64,000 nt of DNA. It comes from the human T2T-CHM13v2.0 reference genome, Homo sapiens. The stretch is from assembly GCF_009914755.1 (NCBI RefSeq), contig NC_060925.1. One strand, written 5' to 3'. The stretch's first letter is position 1. Every line of letters starts with the position of its first letter. Shown one piece after another: positions 1 through 15,439 of this stretch. A model generated the notes under the pieces. That model was given only the letters and a program-made list of their open reading frames with translations, was not told the DNA's origin and did no database searches. The translations under genes were made by a program, and so were the position numbers.

Positions 1-140
1 ACCTGGCTAATTTTTTTTTGTATTTTTAGTAGACATGGGGTTTCACCATGTTGGCCAGGCTGGTTTCGAACTCCTGACCTCAAGTGATCCGCCCACCTCA
101 GCCTGCCAAAGTGCTGGGATTACAGGTGTGAGCCACAGCT
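1..140 (-). mobile_element. Alu (partial, cut by window edge)
   Basis: Reverse-complement Alu left arm. Confidence 0.9.
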
Positions 141-834
141 ACGGTATTTCATTTTAAGCCTAGTGTTTTGGTGGTATATTGTCTTTGGATCAAGTTGTTT
201 ATGAAAAAAGAATTCTCAAAGAACTATTCCTACCACCTCTCTCCCCTGACCCCCCCAGCCAAAGGCCAAGAATTGGATTCTTGATTTTTTTTTTTTTTTG
301 ACAGCATATGTCTGGAATATGTATTGGTATTAATTGGGTCAAATAGAACAATAACATTATCTGTACTTTCAGTTAATTAACCTTGAGGGCATTTCTTTAC
401 CTTCTTTTTTGTATGCTTTAAACAGTTCCCATGGTAAGTATTCCTCTTGGGGCTTATTATTTTATCTTAATTTCTGTAGGTGGGATTTTGAGTATCTAAT
501 TAGATATTTAAATATGTAAACAGACATCTCCATGTTAGAAAAAACTCAGCTGCACTATTTGTTTAAAAAACTTCTCTTATATCCTTAGGTGATTTGACTT
601 GTGTTTTGTTATGACTGCTCCTTTGTATTTATTATCATTAATTTGTTCTTTCGAAATTAAGTTTAACTTTTTTTGTTGTTTTTCTCCTATGGTTTAGATT
701 TTAACTTAGTGCAATATGTAGTTTTTTAGTCTTTGCAGCATTTCCATTGATGGAAAACAAATACAGTGTGAAATTGTTGGCTTTCATATACCCAATATGG
801 AATTAAAGTGAAAAGGGAACTATTTAATTTATTA

Positions 835-931
835 TTTTTTTAAATGAGATCGGGTCCCACTATGTTGCCTAGGCTGGCCTTGAACTCTTGGGCTCAAGCG
901 ATCCTCCCGCCTTAGCCTCCTGGGTAGCTAG
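835..931 (-). mobile_element. FLAM/Alu monomer fragment
   Basis: CACTATGTTGCCTAGGCTGG...CTCAAGCGATCCTCCCGCC. Confidence 0.8.
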
Positions 932-1429
932 AGAATTATTATATAATGGTATAACTTGCCTCAACTGGGATTTTTATCAATTAAGTGGCATTTTGTTATT
1001 ATATTGACATACTAATTTAGTTATATTTATTTTATAATAAGCAACACTGCTGTTTATATTTTGTGGCCTATTAGAGTAGGAACAACTAAAAATAAGGTAA
1101 ATAATATATTTTTAAAGGAGCATGAAATAAAAAATTTTATTTAATATTTAGGAAAGATGATATGCGTATCCAACCCATTGCAAAAATTATAGTAATTGCT
1201 AGTTCCAAAATATTGTTAGTGAAATGTCATCAGATTCCTATAAGGCTTATATCTTCATGAAAAGTAATGCTAATAACACTGAGTGTGACATTAGACCTTT
1301 GCCTGTTTTCTCTCTTTCCATATACGCTTCCTGTGAATGACTAATAGAAAACTTATTTTCTCTCAACCAAATCTGTGTAACTTACTTTCCTGAGATACTA
1401 GGCAACTTCCCTACGTTACAAAAAATTAG

Positions 1430-1880
<451 letters not shown>

Positions 1881-1889
1881 TAATTTTAA

Positions 1890-3290
1890 AAATTAACTAA
1901 AGTCCATACTTTACTCAGATTTTCTTAATTTTTACCTAATGTCCTTTTCTGCTCCGGAGTCCCATCAAGGACACCAGGTTACCATTTAGTTGCTATGGCT
2001 CCTTCGGCTCCTCTTGGCTGTGATCGTTTCTCAGGTTTTCCTTGTCTTTAATGACCTCCTTGACAGTTTTCAGAATGGGTCAGAATGCCCCTCTATTAGA
2101 ATTTGATGTTTGTGTCCTGATTAGACTGGTGGAATGGGATTTTAGGAGGGAGACCACAGAGTTAAAGTACCATTTTCATCACATGACATCAAGGTTATGT
2201 ACTATTAATATCAATACAATTGATCACTGTTGATGTTAGCCTCGATCGCCTGGCTGAGGTAGTGTTTGTCTGGTTTCTCCACTGTGGTAACTCTGTCTCC
2301 CCATTCCGTAGTCTTTGGAAGGAAGTCATATGTGCAGCCCACACTCAAGGAGTATGGAGTTATGCTTCCCTCCTTGAGGGCAGAGAATCTACATGAATTA
2401 TTTGAAATTCTTCTGAACAGAAGATTTGTATCTTTTCTCCTATATATTTATTTACAGTTTCCTCTATTCATGGTTTGGCTTTCCGTGGTTTTAGTTAACT
2501 AAGGTCAACCAAGATCTGAAAATATTAAATGGAAAATTCCAGAAATAAACCATTCATTTTAAATTGCATGCTATTTTGAGTATCATGACGAAATCTCTCT
2601 CTGTCCTACCAGGATGTGAATCATCGCTTTGTCCAGTTTATCCACATTGTATATGCTACCTGTCTTTAATCATTGACATCTTCTGCTTCTGACATTTAAC
2701 CATGAACATTGTCATGGCTCGGGATGACCCGGGATCTCCCAAGGCAGGTGCTCTTCCTTTTGGTGTATCATCAGGTCAACAGTAGCCTGACACTGCATCA
2801 TGGTGCTCTGTGTCATTCACCTCACTTCATCTCATCACGTGGGCATTTTATCGTCTCACATATGACAAGACGCATGAGTACAGTACAATAAGATATTTTG
2901 AGAGAGGCCATTCATATAGCTTCCATTACAGTATGTTGTTATGATTATTCTATTTTATTATTGGTTACTGTTGTTAATTTCTTAATGTGCTTAATTTATC
3001 ACAGGCATGTATGAATAGGGGAAAACATAGTATATATAGGGCTTGGTGTTATCTGAGGTTTTAGGCACCCACTGCAGGTCTTGGGACTTATCCCTCGTGG
3101 ATAAGGGGAGACTACTGCACTTGATCATTCATTCCTGTCAGTATGGACACATTGGATGTTTATTTTATACTTTGGGTTATGAGCCAGTACTACTTTATTC
3201 ATTTTGTTGCTCAAATTGTTTCAGCTTTGGCCATTGGAAGCTCTTTTCGCTGGCTCCTATGTCACTATGACATAGCCCCATCAAGGTGTG
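1890..3290 (-). mobile_element. L1MC-type 3' fragment interrupted by MER44
   Basis: L1MC 3' UTR-like sequence on both sides of the transposon. Confidence 0.6.
2455..3117 (+). mobile_element. MER44 (TcMar-Tigger) non-autonomous DNA transposon
   Basis: GAAAATATTAAATGGAAAATTCCAGAAATAAAC near the start and GGATAAGGGGAGACTACTG terminus. Confidence 0.8.
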
Positions 3291-3304
3291 GTGTTTTTGG
3301 GGGG

Positions 3305-3446
3305 TTTTATTGAGACAGTGTCTTGCTCTGTTGCCCAGGCTGGAATCTCGATTTACTGCAACCTCCGCCTCCCAGGCTCAAGCAGTCTTCCCACCTCAGC
3401 CTTCCTAGCAGCTGGGACTACAGGCATGAGCCACTGCGCCTGGCCT
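3305..3446 (-). mobile_element. Alu monomer (FRAM-like)
   Basis: Alu right-arm sequence, reverse. Confidence 0.8.
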
Positions 3447-3504
3447 AATGTGGGTGGTGTTTTTTTTTTTGTAGTTCTACTACTACTACTACTACTGCTA
3501 GGAT

Positions 3505-4135
3505 CTAGTTCTACTCAGTACTTCTGGCACCAAATGTGTGGGTTTTCCACACCAAACAATTCTCCAGTTCCCTGTGGACACCAACTGGGAGTCCTACAAT
3601 TCAACTCAATTTAATACCAACTACCCAGAGTTACTACAGATCCCACAGGTTAAGGATTTGGTCCCACAAGACCGTTCCCTAGGAAAGTAGGCTAACTGCT
3701 GATTAAAGGTAGTGGATCCTTAAGTTACTCACACTTCAGTTAGATGTGGCTACAAATTGGGGGTTTCCATAACCCCCTTCTTAGTTCCATAATTTGCTAT
3801 AAAGGTTCACAGAACTCAAGGAAACACTTTGTTTAACATTTGCTGGTTTATCATAAAGGATGCAAATGAAGAAACAGATGGAGTGACATAAAGGGTGCGG
3901 TGAGCTCTGCCAGGTACCCCAGCTGAGGAGCTTCTGTTCTGTGGAGTTGGGTGCACTATTCTCCCGGCATGTGGATGTGCTTGCCATTCCAGAGCTCTTG
4001 GAACCCCTTTGTTTAGGGTTTTTGTGGGGGTTCCATTATGTAGGCATGGTTGGTTCGATCACTGGCCATTCGAGATTCGCTCAATCCCCAGCCTCTTCCC
4101 TCTCTGGAGGTCACAGGGTGGGGTCAGGTTTGGGG
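3505..4135 (-). mobile_element. MER21-like LTR
   Basis: ACCAAATGTGTGGGTTTTCCACACC...GACACCAACTGGG...CTACAATTCAA resembles MER21; a (CTA)n repeat precedes it at 3477-3500. Confidence 0.7.
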
Positions 4136-5101
4136 AATGAGTCAGAATTTTTGGCAGATAATTTCTATTTTGTATTAGCTTTCTGGATTATTCTGATTCC
4201 ATTATTGTAACTTGTTTACTATGGTCCAGCTTTATGCCCTTTGTATACATTATGACTTTTAATCCTCGTAACAGCCCTGTGAGGTAGAGAAATAGAGCAG
4301 TAGGAGTCAGGGCCTGTTTGGTCAGCATTTTGCTATTACCACCTTTTTAAACTTTTATAGGAGTGGCTCTGAATCTCTAGAAAGTCATGTAAAGATCTTG
4401 ATATTTATTTAAAATCATAAACAAATATTCACAAGGAAACTTTTTTTCTTGACATTCAGTATGTTTTAAGTAATTTTCATGTGGTTCGAGCCTTGTAAAG
4501 GTTTTTCTGGTTTTCATAGTGTAGAAAGTAAAGAAAGCTGTTACAATTGACTGTCTGGACTGATTTATTCAAGAGAAAATCACTTGGTTTATAGAAGGCC
4601 TTTAACATTTTGTGAGTATGTGTTTTAAACCAAAACCCATAGATAGGAAGAGCCGACAGGGAGCTGGAAACTGCAATAAGCTTTCTTCTAACTAGCAAAC
4701 GCAGTTGACAGACATCTTTTTATAGACGTATCTGTGATTGCACGCTGTTTTTAGGCTTGATAATTTTTTCAACAAGGAAAAACTTTTCTTCAATTTGAAA
4801 AAGCTGTTTACAGTAAAATGGCAAAGTATGAGAAGACAGAAAGCCATCCTGCTCATTCTAAAGCTAAATTGGGCCACATTTCCCTTAAAGTATAGACAAC
4901 AGCAGCAGTGGAACACAGTTAAGTGTGTGTTTAGTGAAGGAAAGTTTTTTGAATACTGCCGCCACAATAATTTTTCAAACCTTGAATTCTTTATTGAGAA
5001 AGTGACAAATCAGTGAGAGAGGGAAAGGGAAAAGAAAATTAATTGAATTTGCAAAATTTCTTAAACAACTAGGATTACAGAAGTAAAAGAATGAATTTGA
5101 A

Positions 5102-5446
<345 letters not shown>

Positions 5447-6230
5447 TTAGCTATTGCTCTGTAACCAATTACTCCCAAATCTAGCAGCTAAAACCCACAA
5501 ATATTTATTATCTCTCATAATTTCTGGCTGTAGCTTTACTGGGTGATTGTGCCTAAGGGTCTCTCATAGTCTGGGGCTCACTCACATGACTTTTGGCAGG
5601 AAGCCTTGGTTCCTTATTGGTTGTTGGCTGGAGGCCTCAGTTTCTTGACACATGAGACTCTCTATAGGCCACTTGACTGTACATGCAACATTGCATCTGG
5701 TATCCCATAGAGTGAGTCATTCAAGAGACAGAAAGAGATGACACAGAAGCCACAATATCTTTTATAACATAATCTCAGAAGTAACCAAACATTACTTTTG
5801 CTCTATTCTATTGGTGACATAAACTAACCCTATATAATATCAGTGGTGACTGCACAGTGGTATAAATAGCAAGAGGTGAGGGTCATCGGGAACCATCTCA
5901 GAGGCTGGCTACCACAGTCTGCCTTCTGGCCTCCAGTGATTCACGTTTCTCGCACATGTAGAATGCACTCACTCTCTCCAAAGGCCCACTAGAATGGGCC
6001 TTCCGTCCCATTACAGCCATTACAGCATCAGCTCAAAGTCCAGAATATCATATCTAAATCAAGCCCAGGTGGTAATGAGGTTCCTTGGCTGTAGCTACTT
6101 ATGTATGACTTCTTGAGTGGTTTCTCTTGATCTATAGACCTGTGAACTAGAGAGATGTTACTTGCCCCTTACCACTCAACATACAATGGGAAAAGGTAAC
6201 ATCCACAGACACTTCTATCAAAAAAGAGGA

Positions 6231-6590
6231 TGTCTTCGTGTATTTGTGCTGCTGTAACAGGATACCACAGACTAGGTAACTTATGAAGAACATAAATTTA
6301 TTTCTCACATTTCTGGAGGCTGGAAAGTCCGAGATTGAGGGTCTGCATCTGGTGAGGGCCTTCTTGCTGCATCATAACATGGTAGAAGGCATCATATGGG
6401 GATGGGGAAGGAGGCTGAACTCATTCTTGTTAAGGAACCCACTCCTGCTATAACATACGTGCTCCTAAGATAACAGCATTAATCCATTCATGAGGGCAGA
6501 GCCCTCGTGGCCTAATCACCTCTTAAGCTTCCACCTCCCAAAACTTGCATGGGGGTTTCAGTTTCCAACACACGAACTTTGGGGATACAT
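6231..6590 (-). mobile_element. MST/MLT1A-type solo LTR nested in the MaLR internal region
   Basis: GCTGCTGTAACAGGATACCACAGACTAGGTAA...TTTCCAACACACGAACTTTGGGG. Confidence 0.75.
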
Positions 6591-7069
6591 TTTTTTTTTG
6601 GTATACTTTTTGGTATTCCTCCATAGTAAGGAGGAAATGGGAGGAACACAGGAGTCGTGGTTCATAAAACTGAGCCTGGCAAGTATTGGACATTTATTGA
6701 TTAGGACTCAGTCTTACTGTCCAGAAGTGATTCTAGGTGGCCTTTAGCTCTGTCCCCTGAGCTCTTGGTTAGACTCTTTGTCATCTTTTCTTTTACGAGA
6801 AGTAGTACATGTTTACAGCTAAGCAGTTTTCTAAGCCTGATTCCTGTCAATAGAAGTTTTGGGAGTCCAAAGAACGTTTTTCCTTTTGTAATCTCTTTGT
6901 CATTTTTAGTTCAGGCTTAAGGTGTTTCTGCAAATAGCTTCCTTTTAAAATTTTTCATAGGTCTCCCACGAATCTTATTGTCCATTAGACAAAAGCCATA
7001 TACACAAATTTGTTTGAGATAAGCTGTTCTCTGTCTTTGGCTCCTACTAAGATAGCTAAGAGACATTAA

Positions 7070-7371
<302 letters not shown>

Positions 7372-7725
7372 ACATTAAACTTCTTTTTAAACCCTGTTGT
7401 TTGAGTGAAAGGATCTGTAAGACTCACCCTCAAACTTTCTAGAGATTCTTTGCTAGTCTGAATGTTGCCTTGATGCACCACATTTGGTAATTCTGAAGTC
7501 TTAAGAAAGGACTGTAGAACCATATACTGTATTATGTTTTCCTGGCAGTGCCCTAAATTTGATCTTTAAGAAGCCACTTCTTAGCGTTTTCTTGCCATCT
7601 GGAGATCTAGGGAATTTTCACAACTAGCAATTCCTGGCTCCTTGTTGTTTAACAGGCTTTCCTTTAGGTTATCTCTCCTCTTGTATTTTATTTTTTGTTT
7701 GTTTGTTTAAAAGAGACAGGTTCTC

Positions 7726-8018
<293 letters not shown>

Positions 8019-9500
8019 GAGGGACAGGTTCTCACTCTATCCCCCAGGCTGGATTGCAGTGGTGCGATCATAGCTCACTGTAACCTTGAACTCCTTGGGC
8101 TCAAGCGATTTTCCCACCTCACCTTCCCGAGTAGCAAGAACTACAGGTGTGTGCCACTGTGCCTCACTATTTTTAAATTTTTTTGTAGAGATGAGGTCTC
8201 TCTGTGTTGCTCAGGCTGGCCTTAAGTGATTGTGATCCTACCACCTCAGTCTCCCAAAGTGTGGATGACAGGCATGAGACACCGAGCCCACCCATCTCTT
8301 GTATTTTATTATGCGCAACTGGAAGGAACCAGGAAGCACCTTCAGTGCTTTTCCTGGAAATCCCCTTATCTAGATTACCCAGTTTATTTTCTACTTTCCA
8401 TGTTGATACAGGTGACAATGTTGCAAAATTTCTGCTATTGCATAAAAAGGATCTCTCTTTGCAGTTTCCAATGTGATTTTCCTCACTTTCCCTTAAGCTC
8501 TAACCTAGAGCCTACGGAAGGGCCAGTACTGCTTGGCTGCAAAGCCTCTCCCACATTTTTAGGCATGTGTTACGCCAGCTCCCCGTTTTCCCGTACCATA
8601 CCTCTAGATGTTATCTAGTACTATTACCTATTAGTCATCTATTTTGTGGTAACAAATTACCCCCAAAACTTAGTGGCTTAAGACAATAAACATTTATTTT
8701 TTCACACAGTTTCTTAGGGTCAGGAATCTAGAAGTTGTTTAATTGGGTGGTTCTGGCTCCGAGTCTCTCATGAGGTTGTAGTCAAGATGTTGGCTGGGGC
8801 TGCCGTAATCTGATGGATTGGTTGGGCAGAGACTCTGCTTTCCTGGGGTTTCCCATAGGCTGCTTGAGTGCTGCTTGAGTGGGGTTACCCATAGGCAGCT
8901 GGTTTCCCGTAGGACTCGTGATAAGAGGGGTGTGGGGGGGCCAACATGAAAATCTAGTATGAAAGTGATGTGCTGTTACTTCTGCCATATTCTGTTGGTC
9001 CCATGGGTCAGCCCTGGTGTATTGTGAAAGGGGACTGCACGAATGTGTGAAAGCCAGGAGGCGGGAATCACTGGAAGCCATGTGGACGTTACCAGGAGGC
9101 AGGAATCACTGGAAGCTATCTGGACGTTGTCTTCTACAACCCTGTCTTGAAGAATTTCGTAGCCAACTGGGCACGAGTGCCTACATGTTCTAAGCATTGT
9201 GTTAGACTGTCACATGTTGTTGATTTGGCATTTACAATCCAGAAAGGAACTGCTACCCCCAGTTGAAGTTTAAAGAGATCAAGTAACTTGTTCACGACAG
9301 ATTCGAATCTAGCCTGGGAATAAATGCTTGGAGCCTAGGCCTTAGGTAAAGGAGTGGATAAATATTCTATAGCATCATTGCCTTTGTATTTAAATATGAA
9401 TTTTCTTCATTATACTTATGTTTAGCAGCAGCCGTGTAATGTCTATTTTATATGTGGACACCTCTGCTCAACTGTTTTTTCTTGTATTCCCTTCTCCATG

Positions 9501-9820
9501 CAGTCACCCCTTGGCATGTGGCGGGGATAGGCTCCAGGACCTCCTGTGGATACCAAAATCCACGGATGCTGAAGTCCCTTACATAAAATGGCAGAATATT
9601 TGCATATAACCTATGCACATCTTCTTGTATACTTCAAATCATCTCTAGATCAGTTATAATACCTAATACAATGTAAATGCTGTATAAATAGTTTTTATAC
9701 TGTATTGTTTAGGGAATAATGATAAGGAAAAAAGACTGTACATGTTCAGTACAGATGCAGTTTTTTCCCCAAATATTTTCAATATACAGTTGAATCCATG
9801 GGTGTACAGAGGGCTGATTG
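9501..9820. mobile_element. MER2 (TcMar-Tigger)
   Basis: GGATACCAAAATCCACGGATGCTGAAGTCCCTTACATAAAATGG. Confidence 0.8.
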
Positions 9821-10084
9821 TGTAGCTCTGACCTTTTTATTTTTTTTAACCTATCCTATCTCGTTCTTCTACTGACTTTCCTTCCAACACTTTCCATAGA
9901 GTCCTTTGGAGCGTCAGACTTACTCTAACGTGAATAAACTTCTTTACAAATACTCTTTATAGACTACCCCTCTCATCTCTGTCTTAACTAAATCCTGGCT
10001 TTCCTGCTAGAATGCCACTCTTCGGGGACCATCTTGAATGAAAGCTGTTCATTCTTCCATACCATTTTGTCTTCAAGCCAGTAA

Positions 10085-10488
<404 letters not shown>

Positions 10489-10849
10489 TGAAATTCGTGT
10501 CATCTTAATCATTTTCTGTCATTCTTTGTCACTGTCATTTATTAGTCTGCCTGTAGCTTATCCCTTGTTTATCAAAGACTTTGGCACTCTTTTCTCAGTT
10601 TTCTGTCCATCTCAAATTCCACTATCATTCTGGGTGGCTTCAGTAGCCAGGTGGACTACCATGCAACATGCTAGTTTCATCATCCTTGTTCTTTTCAACT
10701 CCAGTGACCTTCACTTCCACTTCTTTCCAACATTTTACTATCATGACTTTTAGACTGTAAGACACTCTGAAATCTTGACTCCTTCATTCTATTGACTGAC
10801 CACCATCTCCTAATTTCCAGAGGTACTCTGCTCCCTTACATATATATTT

Positions 10850-11155
10850 ATTTTATTTTTCTTTTTTCTTTTGAGACCAGGTCTTGCTTTGTTCTCCAGG
10901 CTGGAGTACAGTGATGCGATCACAGCTCACTGCAGCCTTGAATGGCTGGGCTCAAGCAATCATCCCACCTCAGCCTCCTGAGTAGCTGGGACTATAGGTG
11001 TGCACCACTGCATTTGGCTAATTTTAAAATTTTATTTTTAGTAGAGATGAGGTCTTGCTATGTTGCCCGGGCTGGTCTTGAACTGAGCTCAAGCAATCCT
11101 TCCACCTTGGCCTCCTGAAGTGCTGGGATTCCAGGCGTGAGCCACTGCGCCCAGC
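10850..11155 (-). mobile_element. AluJ
   Basis: TSD CTCCCTTACATATATA. Confidence 0.9.
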
Positions 11156-11174
11156 TCCCTTACATATATAATAC

Positions 11175-11650
11175 CGGTGTTGGATCTTACCAAGATGTCT
11201 AGGCTGACCCCCTTCCCCCAATTGGCTTATCAGTCAAACAAATGGCTAATATCAAACGATTCTGGCTAATGAAGTAGAAAAGGAATTTATTAGAAGATAG
11301 TAGGTAGCTCACAAAATCAACAGGGAAGCTGGAGAACCAGCTTGGAAAATGGGCAGGAAGCAAAGAGGCCCAGCAGCATATACCCCAGCTAATGCCATGG
11401 CACTAGGACAGTGGTTAATGTGCTGTTGCTCCTACATTCTTGCTGTTATTTCTTCTGCCATTCCCATAAATAATTTTAATACTGTCTCTCCATTTTTATA
11501 TTACCTGCTTAGGATTCAAAATCTTGCACAAGAACATCTGATTGGCTGAGTATAGGTCACATGCCTATTCCTTTGCTACCAGGGAGCTGGGAGAGGAAAG
11601 ATCTGCCTTCTTTGGCTTACTTAGTGAGAAGGTAGACACTTTTCTGCCAA
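11175..11650 (-). mobile_element. Old ERVL/MaLR-type LTR
   Basis: AAAGGAATTTATTAGAAG and CATCTGATTGGCTGAG...GGTCACATGCC motifs. Confidence 0.5.
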
Positions 11651-12315
11651 TATTATACATAATAGGATTCCCTCAAAAGACAACGAATGTTTGGATCCTG
11701 GGTCAAAAAAAAAAAAAAAAAAAAAGAAAGAAAAGGAGAGGAAGGGGAGGGGAAGAATAGAAGGAGGAGAAAAAGGAGGAAGTGGAGGAGGAGGCAGCAA
11801 TATTGACAAATGTCTACTTTAGCCCACTACTGGCTTGGGAATGGGGAGAAGTCTGCCTTTAAGCCTCCTGAAAAAAAAAAAAAGCCTCCTGATCCAACTT
11901 TAACCTCCAAATTCTCACTAGATGATCTTGCTTCTTATTTCAAAAATAGGAGCCATTAGGCCTGGAATCCCTTCACTTGTTGCCTCTGTCTTTAAATGTA
12001 CCTAATCAACATTGTCTTTTCCTGTCTCCCTTTAGCTATCTTAGTAGAAGAGCTCTTCCTTCTCTTGTTCAAGGCTAATTTTTCCATTTATATTCATGAT
12101 GTCATCCACACTTGTCTTCTCCAGGACCCCTCATCATTAATTAAGCCTTCCTTCTTAGTTAAGATTATTTATTAATATTCCTTTTTTGTCAGACATTGCT
12201 GAATACAGGAGATATAAAGATGAATTTGATATAGCTTTGAAGTATTTATTATTTAGTGGGAAAAAGACAGACACAAATAATTGCTGTGCAATAATTTAAT
12301 CATGATTGTAATTAT

Positions 12316-13090
<775 letters not shown>

Positions 13091-13142
13091 CATTTGTGTA
13101 ATTTGTTTGATACATGATTTTCTATTAGAATGTGTCTTCAGT

Positions 13143-13443
<301 letters not shown>

Positions 13444-13729
13444 TCAGTGTCTAATACCTAAGAGGTGCTCAATAAATATTATTGAATGAATGAAGAGGGG
13501 TAAGCACAGGGTACTGTGGAATCATAGAGGATAGGTACTTGGCCCTCCCCTAGGAGGGAAGGAAGATTGGGCTTATGTCAGTGGAGGCTTGGTGGAGGAG
13601 ACTGCAGCAGCCAGCAGGGGAAAAAAAATCAGGGGAAAGTACCAGGCAGAGAGAGGGGCATGAACAAAAGTTGAGAATGGTGAGGAGGTGGAGATGGTTT
13701 GAACAGTTAGGTGTTAAATAGAGTTATTA

Positions 13730-14130
13730 ACAGTTAACATCTATTGAGTTTACATACATACATAGTATATGTTTATGTATACTTGTTAAGTACTTTACAT
13801 ATATTTTCTCATTTAATACTTACAATATTCTTTGATTAAGGTATTATTCCCATTTTAGAATAGAAAAATCTCTGCAATACGTAGGGAAAATAGTTAACTT
13901 GCCCAAGACCATTTAGCCTATAAAGGATCAAGGAGGGATTTGTTTTGGGGTCTTTCTGGATGCAAAACCTGGTGCTCTTTATAAATGCCATGTTATACTA
14001 ATACAGTGTGGTTCCCAAACTTGGTGGCTCATCAGAGTCCCCTGAGGACCTTTGTAAAAATACAAATTCCTGGCCATGCCCCAGACCTGTTGAGTCAGAG
14101 TTTCCAGGGGCAGAGCTTATAGATCTATAT
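13730..14130. mobile_element. MIR (13730-13990) followed by MER5A-like hAT (14004-14130)
   Basis: TTCCCATTTTAGAATAG...AACTTGCCCAAG; GGTTCCCAAACTTGG...ATACAAATTCCTGG. Confidence 0.6.
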
Positions 14131-14714
14131 TTTTGGGTGGTTCACATGTAACTGGCCTGGGACTGGTTCTCTCACCCTGGGGAGTTATTGCAGGTGGTGT
14201 CAAGAGCAAGGCAGGAATAGCTGACTAGCCAGGGAGGTTTTCCTGTGTCTTGCTCCTGATCCTTGACTTTACCCCGTAGATGGTGGGGCACTGAAGCTGA
14301 GAAGTGTCATCAGATACACATATTGTGCCCACCACTTTAGCAACAGTGTGAAGGATGAAGTTGAAGGCACAGGTTACAGGCAATAAGAACTTACATCTTT
14401 AGACTGCTGTCTTGACTGAGTTCGTCCTTTTTCCTCACATTCTCAAGTTTTCTAAATTTTTTTTCTCTTGGTTCTGCCAACCCTTCAGTTCTCTTTTCCC
14501 TAGCTAATTTCTTGAAAGAAATAGTTATACTCAATGTTAGGTTTCAGTCAGTTCAAGAAATGTTCCTTACTGACTTACTCTTCTTTGAGGTCATCTTCCA
14601 TCAATAAATGTTTATTGAATGTTATTTGAAAGCATGGTCCTTTCTCAGATTTTGCTTTGAAGTGAAAATACCAGGGATGATTTATTTTTTCATCACGTAA
14701 TCACTCATATGACA

Positions 14715-14880
14715 ATTTTTATTGATCACCAAGTACTCTTCATGTGTCTCCTTTATGCTAGGGCCTGGGATACAACAGTGATGAGATAAGGCCTCGGACT
14801 TTACTGATCGAACATCTAATGGAAGGTGGAAGAAGAGACCATCACACAATGACGGTGTTATGGGGAACACAGGGTACAGT
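14715..14880 (-). mobile_element. L2 3'-end fragment hosting the cassette exon
   Basis: TTTATTGATCACC...TGCTAGGGCCTGGGATACAACAGTGA resembles the antisense L2 3' consensus (TTTATTGAGCACC...TGCTAGGCACTGGGGATACAGCAGTGA). Confidence 0.65.
14762..14873 (+). CDS. EFCAB2: EFCAB2 alternative 112-nt cassette exon (L2-derived), phase 0 to phase 1
   Basis: ctttatgctag| acceptor and CAGG|gtacag donor. Open frame GLGYNSDEIRPRTLLIEHLMEGGRRDHHTMTVLWGTQ+G joins in phase to the 29896 exon (G|AG=E). The peptide matches my recollection of the long EFCAB2 isoform. Confidence 0.85.
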
Positions 14881-15169
14881 GCATTCATACCTCCTCCCCA
14901 TCACTGTGTCAATCGCTTAACCATCTCTCTGCCTCCAGCCTTGCTTCCTTCCAGTTAAGTTATCCTCATTGATTATACATCTAGCCAGATACTCCCTACT
15001 CTATAAATCTTCATTTGATAGCTATTGTCCTTAAAATAAAATCCAAACTCCTTCAATGTGTCTTACTAAAAAAACTTGAGCCTATCCCCACCTTGCGTAC
15101 TCTCATTCTGTTTCATTATAGGGAAGTTAAGGAGCAAGAATTTGAACTTTTCCTTATGTTTCTTTAGTT

Positions 15170-15373
15170 TCTTTTCTTTCTTTCCAACATGTTCTTGTTC
15201 TGTTGCCCGAGCTGAAGTACAGTGGTGTGATCTCGGCTCACTTTGACTTCCCAGGCTCAAGCCATCCTCCTGCCTCAGTTTCCTGAGTAGCTGGGACTAC
15301 AGGTGCACACCAGCACGCCCAGCTAATTTTTGTATTTTTTTGTAGAGATAGGGTTTTGCCATGTTGCTCAGGC
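15170..15373 (-). mobile_element. AluJ, truncated
   Basis: Alu consensus, reverse. Confidence 0.85.
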
Positions 15374-15439
15374 CTTAGTTTCTTTTCTGGAAGATTTTTT
15401 TTTTTTTTAGTATTTTGAATTATTTTTAAGTAAGAGAAA

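Noticed and set aside
4477-5016. Overlapping 73-92 aa ORFs in unique sequence
   Set aside because: No recognisable domain or exon structure. Conservation cannot be judged from the sequence alone.
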